A stretch of DNA of 20,000 bases from Chiloscyllium plagiosum (taxonomy: Eukaryota), in NCBI RefSeq assembly GCF_004010195.1, contig NC_057718.1, forward strand, positions 102,818,932 to 102,838,931. The letters run 5' to 3'. The position numbers and the translations under genes were made by a program. The stretch's first letter is position 1. Every line of letters starts with the position of its first letter. The notes under the pieces were generated by a model, which saw only the letters and a list, made by a program, of their open reading frames with translations, did not search any database and was not told where the DNA came from. Positions 1-10,304 of the stretch are shown here, piece after piece.

Positions 1-442
1 CTTATATGATGGCACTTCATTTAAAGAAATTATATCTTTAAGATAGCCACATTTTAGATTTTTGACTTTGACTCTTGCACTGGCTAGACAACACATGTCT
101 CATCTTAGCACTGCACTATCAACATTTTAAGAAGATTCATGCAATGAAACATCCACAGCCCTTGACAGGATCAATTTCAATTTAACATTTGGCAAGTTCC
201 AGCTGATCATATCATGGCCTCGTTGTAGTCAATCCTACCTTTTTATTAGGTTTTAAAGAGAAACATGTCCTTTCTGTTTGGGATAGATGGAAGAGGGCAG
301 CAGGGAGGAGGTGGATGTTAACTGGATGGATCTTTGGGTTTGTGATAAAGCTGGTGATAGAAGCTATTTGTCTGTCGCTGCAGCTACTGTTTGCATAGTG
401 CAGCCCCTAAATTTGATGCAATCACTGCATTTGGTCTAAAGG

Positions 443-780
443 CTCTGTGGTAATGTTGCTAAGCTGGTAACTTGGAGGTGCAGGCTAACGGTCCCAAGGC
501 ATTGGTTCAAATGTCAATTCTACACCAACTGGTAGAATATAAACTCTGGAATTGGAAGCTAGTAATGATTACAATGCAATAAATCATTTCAATAGACTGA
601 GTTCACTTTGGGGAAAGTTCTTCTTACCTAGTCTGGCCTACATATTGACTCCACACCCACTGTGGTTAACTCTTAACTCCCCTCTGAAATGACTTAGTGG
701 GATCGTCAGCCCAAGGGGCAATTAGGGTTGGGCAACAAGTGCCATGTCAGAGATACCCACATCCTGTGAATGAATAAAAA
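443..780 (+). mobile_element. tRNA-headed shark SINE with CR1-like LINE tail (degenerate)
   Basis: A/B-box-like head (TGTGGTAATG...GGTTCAAAT), core CTTACCTAGTCTGGCCTACAT..GACTCCACACCCAC..GTGGTTAACTCTTAAC, tail GGGCAATTAGGGTTGGGCAAC...CCCACATCCTGTGAATGAATAAAAA. Three more copies occur in the window. Confidence 0.7.
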
Positions 781-910
781 CAAGTTCAGGTCAATCTGTA
801 AATTTAAAAAAGCTGATGATTATTAAAATGATAGGTTACACATTCCAGGAAAGGATGAATTAAAAAATAAATAACAATCCAGCTAAATACTAATAAACAG
901 ACCTTAGAGT

Positions 911-1007
911 TCTGGCAAATGGGATGAGACTAATTTAGGATATCTGGTCACAATGCATGAGTTGGAATGAAGGGTCTGCTTCAGTGTTGTAGTACTCGAT
1001 GACTCTA
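911..1007 (+). mobile_element. CR1-clade LINE 3' end fragment
   Basis: GTTGGAATGAAGGGTCTGCTTCAGTGTTGTA followed by a TCTATGACTCTA tail; homologous to 8000-8070. Confidence 0.75.
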
Positions 1008-1712
1008 ATTGGAAAAAATGAAACCCTCCACGTCTGCAGATTTAGGACCTCCACCAACATCACCCCATCCCCCCACCACATTGCCTTCCAAGCATTTTCA
1101 GAATAATTTTGCTGGGATATTTTTCCCAGCAGTGTTCATTTTGCCCGCCTGCAATGCTTTTTCGGGCTGACAATGTAATGCTGTGGTTGCGCCGGCGTTT
1201 TATTAAGTGCCTCATTGTGAGTGTTTTGATGAGCACAGATGTGGTGTGGCTGGAATGTGGATCTCAAGCCATACAGTCAAGACAGCTGGTGCAGTGCACT
1301 ATCACATTTCCAATGGTATTTAAAACTAGTTATCCCTCTGTTAGCCCCTTCGACAATCCAACTGCATTCAGGTGTTTTAACTTCACATTGACAAGCATGC
1401 ACGTGTGTCTAAAAAAATATTTAAAACTCTGCTCCACAAACAGATTAATGTGGATAATCCCATTTGAGACAGCCTTGAGTGTTTACAGGAAGCAGATTAT
1501 TTTTCAGCCCTGAGCACTGACCTGGGATCCACATTCAGTTGAATATTTCATATTGTCGACAACCTCTGTTTTGTTGTAGTCGTCCAGTTAAAAAGATTGT
1601 GCAAGTCCATAGCTTTTTGTCTCTGCTGTTTATTCTTCTGGACCCTGTAGCTTTAAAGGATGTTATAGATTATACTCTGAGAGTGGAGCCTTAAGTTCAC
1701 AACGTATTGCAG

Positions 1713-1744
1713 TCAAGGTCACTTTGGACAGAGGTCAAAGGTCA
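1713..1744 (+). promoter_or_regulatory. Nuclear-receptor sites: TCAAGGTCA (NR5A/ERR type) and perfect DR1 AGGTCA-A-AGGTCA
   Basis: Exact consensus matches at 1713-1721 and 1732-1744 within repeat-free sequence; function not demonstrated. Confidence 0.45.
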
Positions 1745-2554
1745 ATAGCACGATGACCATTCTGTGTTGGCCAAGCATTGGGTCACATCTAGCACTGGCT
1801 GTTTTGGTGAACTGTTTGAAGTTTGTTCTTTGTTTGTTTGTTGGAGATTACCTCTCGATTCATGGATGATGCCCTCTCAGGATGGCAGGTACATGTCATG
1901 TTCTTTGTGTGAGTGAACAGGTCAATTCTTGACCCACAGATTGATGGACACAGAGGGTAAGATGTTCCACATGGCAATGGGACCCAGAGAACAGGATTTG
2001 CTTCCCTTTCCTTCCTTGTCTGTCACCCTTGAAGCATCCCGTTAGTCAGAGCCTGCCAACCTGTGAATGACTCTTTTATTCCCACTCTCTGCTTTCTTCC
2101 TGCTAACCAACCCTCAATTCATACAGTTTAATATATAATGGTTCCTCCCTTTCTCACAGATAACTACGGACATCCAACCCCGAATGGATAGTAATCGTAA
2201 TGACTGCTGCTTGATTGTAAATAAATATCTCTACATTTCATCTGCATCATTGCATGTCACACGCTAATCCTCAGGCCTATAATTATAATAAAATTACTTT
2301 GCTGTATAACTGATGTTTTGGTCTGCTGGGAGGAATGCCAACAATGGAGAGATTGCATCAAATGTCTATTCTAATTGTTACTTGAAATATCCCATTCTTC
2401 TGGTTCAGCTGCGTTGGAAGATGATACCTACCTCCAGCAATTGGCAGCTCAACTCCAAACCATTTGCTCAGGCCTGATTTCCCCATGGAAGGAAATGGTG
2501 GGATCAGAGAAAAAGCTAAGATTCCCTGCTTGGCATTGAGTGCAAGTCAGAGGT

Positions 2555-3100
2555 CAGGAATTCTGCAGCAAGTTATCTCCTGACTCCCCAAAGCTTGTCC
2601 ACCATCTACAAGGTACAAGTCAGGAGTGTGATGGAATATTCCCACTTGCCTGGATGGGTGCAGCTCCAACAACACACAAGAAGCTCAATACTGTCCCGGA
2701 CAAAGCAGCCCACTTGATTGGCACCACATCCATCAAAATTCACCCCTTCCACCATTGGTGTACAGTGACAGCTGTGTGTACCATCTACAAGATGCATTGT
2801 AGCAACTTGCTGTGGTTTCTTACAAACCTGTACCATCTAAAAAGACAATAGCAGCAGATGCATGGGAATGCCACCCCCTGCAAGTTCCCCTCTGAGACAC
2901 TCACTGTCCAGATTTGGAAATATATTGCCGTTCCTTCACCATCACAGCATCAGCATCCAGGAACAACTTCCCTAACAGGTCTGTGCCGTGCTGCATGGAC
3001 AGCAGTGGCTCGAGAAAGCAGCTCACCACCAACTCCTCAAGGTTAAATGGGGAGGGGCAGTAAATGTGTTCATGGCACCTATGTGATAGTCCACAAAAGC
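2555..3100 (+). mobile_element. CR1-group non-LTR retrotransposon, ORF2 C-terminus and 3' end (frameshifted)
   Basis: Translates across a frameshift as TIYKVQVRSVMEY / PLAWMGAAPTTHKKLNTVPDKAAHLIG..AVCTIYKMHCSN, typical of the post-RT region of CR1/L2-group ORF2. Confidence 0.8.
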
Positions 3101-3239
3101 AGAAGAACAACTTCTATTGATGTCGTATCTTCTCCCTGATAAATGTCCCAAGTCATGACCAAGCAGAAGCCTTACCCTGAGCCACTTAGTTGGAGAGATG
3201 ACCATTTGTTGGGAGTGGGAATCACAAGATTCTTTGGAG

Positions 3240-3498
3240 ATTTGGAGAGCCCTAGGCAATTTGATTGGAGTATGTAATACACTGAGGGATCTCGACAACG
3301 TGGGTATGGAAGAATCTAGAAGCAGGAGCAAGCAAAAACAGAAAGTGCTGAAGAAACTCAGCAGATCTGGCAGCACCTGTGGAGACAGAAGCAGCGTTAA
3401 TGTTTCAAATCCAGTGATCCTTCTTCAGAACTGGAATCTGTAATTAGTGTTGACTGTTTCAAATTAAAAGATTGCCCATTTAAGACAGAGATGAGGAG
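3240..3498 (+). mobile_element. Old CR1 ORF2 fragment interrupted by a PLE remnant
   Basis: GNLIGVCNTLRDLDNVGME resembles CR1 GDLIEVYKILRGLDRVD; resumes at about 3455 with AAATTAAAAGATTGCCCATTTAAGACAGAGATGAGGA. Confidence 0.55.
3329..3435 (-). mobile_element. Penelope-like element remnant (family B) with hammerhead motif
   Basis: Minus strand reads AGTT-CTGAAGA-AGGATCACTGGATTT-GAAA-CATT-AAC, then GCTGCCAGATCTGCTGAGTTTCTTCAGCACTTTCTG, shared with copies at 5518, 6795 and 16149. Confidence 0.7.
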
Positions 3499-3799
3499 TT
3501 TAGGAAGTTCAGAACACTAACCCAGTCATTTAACTACTTTGCACATTACATTGTTCTTAATGACTGGTATTCATCACACCTTAAAGTGTCTAAGGGGTTC
3601 ATGCCGTGCAAAGAACGTTCCACAACTCTGCATTTGGATGGACCTATGTTTGGCCAAGGATATTTGATAACTCAAGGGTTATTACACAGTTTGTTAAGGT
3701 ACTGAGCTGGGGAGATTCTAGATTCAGTCTGTGTGGGATAAACTAGGATGTCTCAAAAGTGATGAAGTGAAAATGATTTGGATCTGAGATACATTACTG

Positions 3800-4384
3800 A
3801 CTCATTCCACTTTAGAAATAGAACCAGTCTGACTCAAGATTGGGATAAAGACAGACTTTAACTTCATGCCTTTAATGCATTGTCTGAGCTGAGATGGCAC
3901 CTATTGCTAGAAAACCTGAGTTTATCTTGAGAATGTGACTTAAAAGAAGTTCTGGGATTTCCATATTAAAGAACTGAAACCTGCAACCAATTTTAAAAGA
4001 TGAAAGACTTAATCTAAGTTTATCACTTCAGATGCTTGACACGGTAATCTTTTGCTACAAATTCTGTGTCTTATGATCCTGCTTCAGGTCAGGGTGAATT
4101 GGCCATGCTAAACTGCCCATAGTGTTCTGTACATTAGTCAGGGGTAAATGTAAGGGAATGGGTCTGGGTGTGTTACTCTTCGGAGGGTCGGTTTGGACTT
4201 GTTGGGCCGAAGGTCCTGTTTCCATACTGTAAGGAATCTAATCTAATCTAATCTAGCCACTTGATGAAGAAGCAGCGCTCCAAAAGCTAGTGCTTCTAAA
4301 TAAACCTGTTAGACTATAACCTGGTGTTGAGTGATTTATAACTTTGTCCATCCCAGTCTAACACCAGCACCTCCACTTCATGAC
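3800..4384 (+). mobile_element. Penelope-like element 3' region (family C), interrupted by a SINE fragment
   Basis: 4256-4384 matches the right arm at 15054-15172 (TTGATGAAGAAGCAGCGCTCCAAAAGCTAGTGCTTC..CCTGGTGTTG..CCCAGTC). Assignment of the upstream part (3800-4085) rests on recalled consensus only. Confidence 0.6.
4086..4255 (+). mobile_element. HE1-type V-SINE, 5'-truncated
   Basis: GTGAATTGGCCATGCTAAACTGCCC...GGACTTGTTGGGCCGAAGGTCCTGTTTCCATACTGTA with an (AATCT)4 tail; homologous to 4450-4764. Confidence 0.85.
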
Positions 4385-4449
4385 TCATTACTGCTATTAT
4401 TCCCTTTGTTACTGGAGGTGGCCTTCTCTTGTCAACAGAGAGTCACCTG

Positions 4450-4764
4450 TTTTTTTTTTAGATTACTTACAGTGTGGAAACAGGCCCTTCGGCCCAACAA
4501 GTCCACACCGACCCGCCGAAGCGCAACCCACCCATACCCCTACATTTACCCCTTACCTAACACTACGGGCAATTTAGCATGGTCAATTCACCTGACCTGC
4601 ACATCTTTGGACTGTGGGAGGAAACCGGAGCACCCGGAGGAAACCCACGCAGACATGGGGAGAACGTGCAAACTCCACACAGTCAGTCGCCTGAGGCGGG
4701 AAATGAACCCGGGTCTCTGGCGCTGTGAGGCAGCAGTGCTAACCACTGTGCCACCGTGCTGCCC
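4450..4764 (-). mobile_element. HE1-type V-SINE, full length, young
   Basis: Minus strand has a tRNA head with A box TGGCACAGTGG and B box GGTTCATTTCC, V-domain GTGGGTTTCCTCCGGGTGCTCCGGTTTCCTCCCAC, CR1-like tail GGGCCGAAGGGCCTGTTTCCACACTGTA and poly-A; many CpGs retained. Confidence 0.92.
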
Positions 4765-5256
4765 ACTGCATTCTGACATGGTTATGGAGCCTGATGGATG
4801 ACCTGTTTGCTTTTTCATAGATGAGGATAAACGGGTGAATGGGATGTGAGTGAGGGAGTTGGTAAAGTACACAAGAAACATCAGTGTGTGAGTTGGTTGT
4901 GGTGGAGGTTGCCTGCATTTTGCTAACCCTGCATTTTCGGCCTTGCCCATTGGTTACCAGTGCCTTGTCAGGACAAGATGGATGAAGATGTGGTTAACTT
5001 CAATGGATCATCTGCATAGCCCTCTAAGCGAGTGCTGACTTGTCATTCTCTCGATTTAATTGTTATTTATAAATCAGCAACTCCATATTACATCATTATA
5101 AAATCTGAGTGTCCAGGACTTGACACCATTTTAAGAGGTAACACCTGTTTGGGTACTTCAATGCATCAAGGGGAAGTCAAAGTAACTTTCAAGACTTCCT
5201 GGGGATTCTAATTCTTTCATGTCATGTGAGTGTTGAAGGCAAGACCAACATTTGAT

Positions 5257-5448
5257 GCTGGAAAAGCACAGGAGGTCAGGCAACATCTGAGGAACTGGAG
5301 AATCGAACTTTCGAGCATTGATGTTTCGTCAATGAAGGGCTTATGCCCAAAACATGATTCTCCTGCTCCTCGGATGCTGCCTGACCTGCTGTGCTTTTCC
5401 AGCACCACACTCTCGACTCTGATCTCCAGCATCTGTCCTCACTTTCTC
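5257..5448 (+). mobile_element. Palindromic Penelope-like insertion (family A)
   Basis: Inverted arms about 5257-5318 and 5343-5403; decayed hammerhead ATGA-A-GGGC-TTAT-GCCC-AAAA; flanked by a 14-bp TSD, CCAACATTTGATGC (5245-5258) and CCAGCATTTGATGC (5449-5462). Confidence 0.8.
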
Positions 5449-5517
5449 CCAGCATTTGATGCCCATTAGTAACTACCCTCAGGAAGTGCTCTGAATATGA
5501 AAAGAACTGCTCCCGTC

Positions 5518-5625
5518 TTTCTGGTGTGAGGAAGGGCCACTCGACCCGAAACGTTAACTCTGATTTCTCCGCACCGATGCTGCCAGACCTGCTGAGCTTT
5601 TCCAGCAACTTCCTGTTTTTGTTCC
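5518..5625 (+). mobile_element. Penelope-like element remnant (family B) with hammerhead motif
   Basis: GTGAGGA-AGGGCCACTCGACCC-GAAACGTT-AACTCTG, then GATGCTGCCAGACCTGCTGAGCTTTTCCAGC. Confidence 0.75.
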
Positions 5626-5900
5626 CGACTTTCTGTGGTGGGATGACATGACTCAAATGGACCGCTAGGCCGCATTGCTGTGGGTCTGGAAACACACGTT
5701 GGTCAGACTGGGAAAGGACGGCAGATTTCCTTCTCCAAAGAAGGAAAGGCAACTAAATAACAGCATACAGCAATTTTACATACACCACTCTTGAAATAGC
5801 TTTACATTGCATACTTTCTAATTAATCAAATTTTCAAAGTCGCCAAGGTAGAATTGGATCCCATTGCTGGAGAGCAAACACAGGTCTCCAGGTTAAGTGA

Positions 5901-6006
5901 CTGGACCACTGCATCACTGGACCACTGCATCACTGGACCACTGCATCACTGGACCACTGTATCACTGGACCACTGTATCACTGGACCACTGTATCACTGG
6001 ATCACT
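5901..6006. repeat. 16-bp minisatellite CTGGACCACTGYATCA, about 6.6 copies
   Basis: Three units ending GCATCA, then three ending GTATCA, then a partial CTGGATCACT. Confidence 0.97.
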
Positions 6007-6794
6007 TCACCACTATTGCCCCACTGTGTCCTAGCATTCCTCAAAGGAGAGAGTGGTGGCACCAGGCTAAGACATAAATTGTCTTTTAGCTGAACTTATC
6101 TTGGACTGGGATCACTGAGCACAATTTTGCCCGTGTGCTACTAGACAGTAATATTTACGCCTCCACTTTTAAACCAGATATTCAAAGATTTCCTGGACTT
6201 TGAAGCTTTTAACAACAGGTTAACAAAAATAATGAAATCCCCATGGTAGTCACAGACAAGTGCTTAAAGGTAAAGTATCATATTCAATGCCCTGTAGGTT
6301 ATAATCCTGACCTCTTCCTCAGAAAAATATCTTGCAGTGTATCATCTGACAATCTCCCATTATTGTACCTTAAAGGTTCTCTGTAATTTTCCTGAAACTT
6401 AAGCAGGGGTACAACAAAGCACTTTTATTGGTCTGTTGATAATTTTTACAGCTTTTTTTTCTTACAGTATAACTGTCGTCTTATGTTACTGAATTTATTT
6501 AAAATACCTTGAGCTATAGGACAAAGCTTATATAAGTGGAAAAGAATGCTGTGTGCATACTTCATCCTGACACTGTCACAATACATTCTTTGTGAGCATA
6601 CAACAGGTATGCTGTTTCTTTAAAGTCACAAGTGATTAGATTCCTCTGGTAGATCTTTTATCTTCTTTTATCTAGTTAACCCTCAGTCCTATACTATTTA
6701 CCATGGAAATGGAGCTTTAGCTTGCTACATCTGATAAGCTCATGTCTAACTCAGCATAGCTGGAAGATGCAGTGCCATTCTGCTTTTGCTAGTT

Positions 6795-6962
6795 AAAGCA
6801 AAATGCTGTGGATGCTGGCAAAAAAGTGCTGGGGAAACTCAGCAGGTGTGGCAGAATTGGTAGAGACAGAAACGGAGTTAACGCTTTGAGTTCAGTGTGA
6901 CTCTTCTCTCTCTGCAGTTGCGGCTGCACCTGCTGAGTTTCTCCAGCATTCTCTATTTTTAT
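6795..6962. mobile_element. Palindromic Penelope-like remnant (family B)
   Basis: GTGCTGGGGAAACTCAGCAGGTG (about 6826-6848) is inverted against CACCTGCTGAGTTTCTCCAGCAT (about 6927-6949). Confidence 0.7.
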
Positions 6963-7149
6963 ATTAAATTGGAGGCGTTGGGGGGAGTGAATGGCCAATG
7001 ATGGCAGGGGATATGGATGAGTGGATAGGCAGTTAATATGGTGGGTATCACATTATTGATGCCATCTTTGGGGTAGGATTGGGGTGGGAATGGGGTCACG
7101 GTAAGGGTGAGTTTGGGGTTGTGGAGGTGGATGGAGTGGAGGAAATAAT

Positions 7150-7437
7150 GTTATTGAAATAGAGACTTAGGCTACTGCTCTGGTTCGACTCCCAACATAA
7201 CAGCGGATGGAGTGTAATCTCAATTAATGCAAGGTGAGTTCGTTTATTTTCCAAAAATCGCGTGGTTTACTAATTTCGTTGAGGAAAGGGTGCTTGCAGT
7301 CCTCACCTGATCTGCCCTAAATGGGACTCCAGAAAATCAGCAAAGTTGTTACCTCTGAAATGATCAAACAATTCATTCAGTTCAAGGACAATTAGGGATA
7401 GCTGAGCATGGTCTAGCAAACTCATCAGATCAAGAAC
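7150..7437 (+). mobile_element. tRNA-headed shark SINE (same family as 443-780), highly decayed
   Basis: B box GGTTCGACTCC; core GTCCTCACCTGATCTGCCCTA..GACTCCAGA; CCTCTGAAATG..CAGTTCAAGGACAATTAGGGAT. Confidence 0.6.
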
Positions 7438-7567
7438 GGTTAGGGAAGGCCATATTCCATGAAAAGAATGGTGGTGTTTAGGTTATTTCATAAATAGTTT
7501 GGATGGCCAGTCATCAGTAAAATTCAAATGGCTCATAAGGAAGAAACTTGATTGGACTGGTTTATGT

Positions 7568-8070
7568 CTTGAAAGGGTTCAGAAAAGATGTACGAGAATG
7601 TTGCCAGGGTTGGAGGATTTGAGCTATAGGGAGAGGCTGAACAGGGTGGGGCTGTTTTCCCTGGAGCGTCGGAGGCTGAGGGGTGACCTTATAGAGGTTT
7701 ACAAAATTATGAGGGGCATGGATCGGATAAATAGGCAAAGTCTTTTCCCTGGGATTGGGGAGTCCAGAAATAGATGGCATAGGTTTAGGGTGAGAGGGGA
7801 AAGATATAAAAGAGACCTAAGGGGCAAGTTTTTTATGCAGACGGTGGCACGTGTATGGAATGAGCTGCCAGAGGAAGTGGTGGAGGCTGGTACAATTGCA
7901 ACATTTAAAAGGCATTTGGATGGGTATATGAATAGGAAGAGTTTGGAGGGATATGGGTTGGGAGCTGGCAGGTGGGACTATATTGGGTTGGGAGATCTGG
8001 TTGGCATGGACGGGTTGGACCGAAGGGTCTGTTTCCATGCTGTACATCTCTATGACTCTATGACTCTATG
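7568..8070 (+). mobile_element. CR1-clade (HER1-like) LINE, 5'-truncated ORF2 C-terminus plus 3' UTR
   Basis: Open frame LERVQKRCTRMLPGLEDLSYRERLNRVGLFSLERRRLRGDLIEVYKIMRG...WNELPEEVVEAGTIATFKRHLD; ends in an octamer (TCTATGAC)n tail. Confidence 0.95.
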
Positions 8071-8206
8071 AATGGATTTCACTTAGTCCCCCTATTCACC
8101 TAGCGTCTCTTTTGTTGCATACATTTCCTGATACCAGTTCAAGTATGAGGAGTCATATTTATCAGTCTTAAAATCTAACTGCTTGGGTCCAATGGATAGA
8201 GTTATG

Positions 8207-8275
8207 GAATCCCTACAGTGTGGAAACAGGCCCTTCGGCCCAATAAGTCCACACTGACCCTCCAAAGAGTAACCC
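8207..8275 (-). mobile_element. HE1-type SINE 3' fragment
   Basis: TACAGTGTGGAAACAGGCCCTTCGGCCCAATAAGTCCACAC is nearly identical to 4468-4508. Confidence 0.85.
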
Positions 8276-8297
8276 TGTATTTACCTCTGTTATCCTG

Positions 8298-8396
8298 TAA
8301 ACAAAAAACAGAAATTGCCAGGAAGGTTCAGCAGGCCTACAATACCTATGGAGAGAATCAGAGCTAACCTTCAGGTTGTGCGACCTTTCATCAAAA
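8298..8396 (-). mobile_element. Penelope-like remnant (family B), decayed hammerhead
   Basis: Minus strand TTGATGA-AAGGTCGCACAACCT-GAAGGTTAGCTCTG...CCTGCTGAACCTTCCTGGCAATTTCTG. Confidence 0.6.
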
Positions 8397-8524
8397 TAAT
8401 TGAATATTGATTTAATCCTGATTTCTTTGCCTGCCATCCTTGTCCCAACAATATGATGCGCCAATACATACTCTTCCACCTTCTTCTCTCTGAATCATAG
8501 ACCGTTATCACACTAGACTAGACT

Positions 8525-9085
8525 AGTCATTTGCAAGGCCTTGGTAAGATGACATCTTGAATTCCATGTGTAGATTTGGTCTTTATATTCAAGGAAGAAG
8601 ATACTTCCATTGGAGGCAGTACCACTATTCGATTGGTCCCTGGGAGGAGACAGGGTTATCTTCTGATGAGAAGCTGAGTAAATTGGGTGGATGCTCTCTG
8701 TAGCTTGGAGGCATGAGAGATGATTTAGCTGCAGCATGCAGGATTCTGAAGAAACTTGGTGGAATCCACACTGAGAGGCTTTTGCACCTAATCAGGGATA
8801 TCAGAAAACAAGGGTGCAGTCTCAGGTTACAGCTGAGATATGGAGAAATTGCTTCACTCAGAAGGTTGTGAATCTTTAGAATTCACTGCCCCAGATGATT
8901 GAAGATCCTCCACTTTTAAATACATTTAAGCTAAGAGAGACAGATATTTGTTCCCTTGTGGTGTCAAGGGTTACGGGGAGTGTGTGAGGAAAACACGGAT
9001 GAAACTCAAGTTCACCCATGATTGTATCAGCCAGTAGAATAGACTCAATAGGTCGAATGGTCTATTTCTGTGCCTATTTGTTATT
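8525..9085 (+). mobile_element. Old CR1 LINE 3' fragment
   Basis: Decayed KALVR.HLE..V..WS.Y.RK.IL.LEAV motif; TTCACTCAGAAGGTTGTGAATCTT (FTQKVVNL); 3' UTR GGTCGAATGGTCTATTTCTG. Confidence 0.8.
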
Positions 9086-9174
9086 TTATTTTGTTCTTGT
9101 TTACCTGGCCATGAATTCACCATCAATCTTTGCCTTCTCTGCTCTGTAAGTACGGCAATTTGTGAAAAGTCACA

Positions 9175-9445
9175 TTGTGTCAATCTTTTCATTTTTGCAC
9201 TCATCTGGACAACTTACAAGAATGTCAATTCAAGAGGAAAAACATCATTTACACTTCATGACAGGACAGTGCTGATTAGTAGAGGCATTGCCATGGCAAA
9301 TGCAACAATTAATGATGATTGACAATTAATTGCCAGTCTTTGTTTAAATTTTAAACCAAGCAGCTTGACTCTGATTGGTCAGGGTGCTGCCCTGGGAAAT
9401 GAACAAGTAAATAGCTGTCACCAGTCTTGAAAAGTTGAAACAGAT
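9175..9445 (-). mobile_element. Penelope-like element 3' region (family D)
   Basis: Homologous to 11490-11720 and 14758-15330 (TTTAAATTTTAAACCA.GCAG.TTGACTC.GATTG); minus-strand hammerhead remnant GTC-CAGATGA-GTGCAAAAAT-GAAA. Confidence 0.6.
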
Positions 9446-10304
9446 GGCAGAATTTCTGCTTGGATGATTTCCGCAAAAAAGCTAGCATCTAAAATCAGAG
9501 ATCCAGATTTATGATCATTCCAACTTTTCAATAGGAAAATCTCCCATCACCTTCCTTAAAGCACTCTGAGAGCTTTATACCCAGCACAGAGTCTTCCAAA
9601 ATATGTGACAGTCTTATTTCTGTTCGATATTGCAAAGTAAGCCCACATTAGGTAAGAGAATAACTAGGGTTGGGTGGATCTCTGTGAGTTACAGCTTTCA
9701 GTTTCATTGACAAGAGAAATCAATTGAAGCAAGATTGAATGACTGGTGAGTGGAGACAGGATCTTGAAAGGCTGAGGGTGTTCCAGTTACAGCAGGAAAT
9801 AACCAGCCATTCTGTGACAGGGGATACTGCACATTGGGCAGATGAACACAGGAATAGAAAACATGCCTGAAACAGGCTCAGGCTGAAATCACCCCAACCC
9901 TGATTAATTAGCCAGGAAAATATTCATAACCAAATTCTCCATGTCATTGTGTTCAGCCCTGTGCCTTAAATTGTCCACAAAAATACAGCAGTAACAATCA
10001 GAATTAATTATTTCCACCGGTTGACCTTGTGTCCAATCAAGTGGTTATCATATGATAAAGCTGTTCGGGCTGAGACAGTTCCTAACATTAACCTGTATAT
10101 TTGTGGCTGCAATTCCAATCTTAGGAATAATGCAGCTACTGCGCCATGAGCTATCATATATATATTTACCTACACTATTGGCAGTAGTCCAGTACTCACT
10201 GCTTTTGGAAATATATTTTAATTCTTAACTACTATTCATAGTAATTAGGTTGTAATTTATTTGGAACAATTAAACAGCAATGATTCAGAGATAATGATCG
10301 CTTA

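Larger units (their letters stand above)
5215..6020 (-). mobile_element. tRNA-headed shark SINE (same family as 443-780), disrupted by two PLE insertions and a minisatellite
   Basis: Tail at 5215-5258 and 5449-5485; core CATTGCTGTGGGTCTGGA..GGTCAGACTGGGAAAGGACGGCAGATTTCCTTC at 5673-5735; degenerate head near 5850-6020. Confidence 0.6.

Noticed and set aside
1109..1513. 134-aa ORF
   Set aside because: TTG start, no recognisable domain and no clear splice signals; more likely non-coding unique DNA.
4690..4764. tRNA gene (also about 13205 and 18262)
   Set aside because: tRNA-derived SINE heads that continue into the V-domain and LINE tail; no proper acceptor stem or terminator.
4331..4950. Overlapping 156-aa and 120-aa ORFs
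   Set aside because: Read-through of the HE1 SINE; these SINE-derived peptides are common annotation artefacts.
5901..6006. CRISPR-like array
   Set aside because: Units are contiguous with no unique spacers, there are no cas genes, and the context is vertebrate.
7499..8071. 190-aa ORF as a host gene
   Set aside because: It is the C-terminal part of CR1 ORF2 with a non-ATG start, lacking the RT core and endonuclease.
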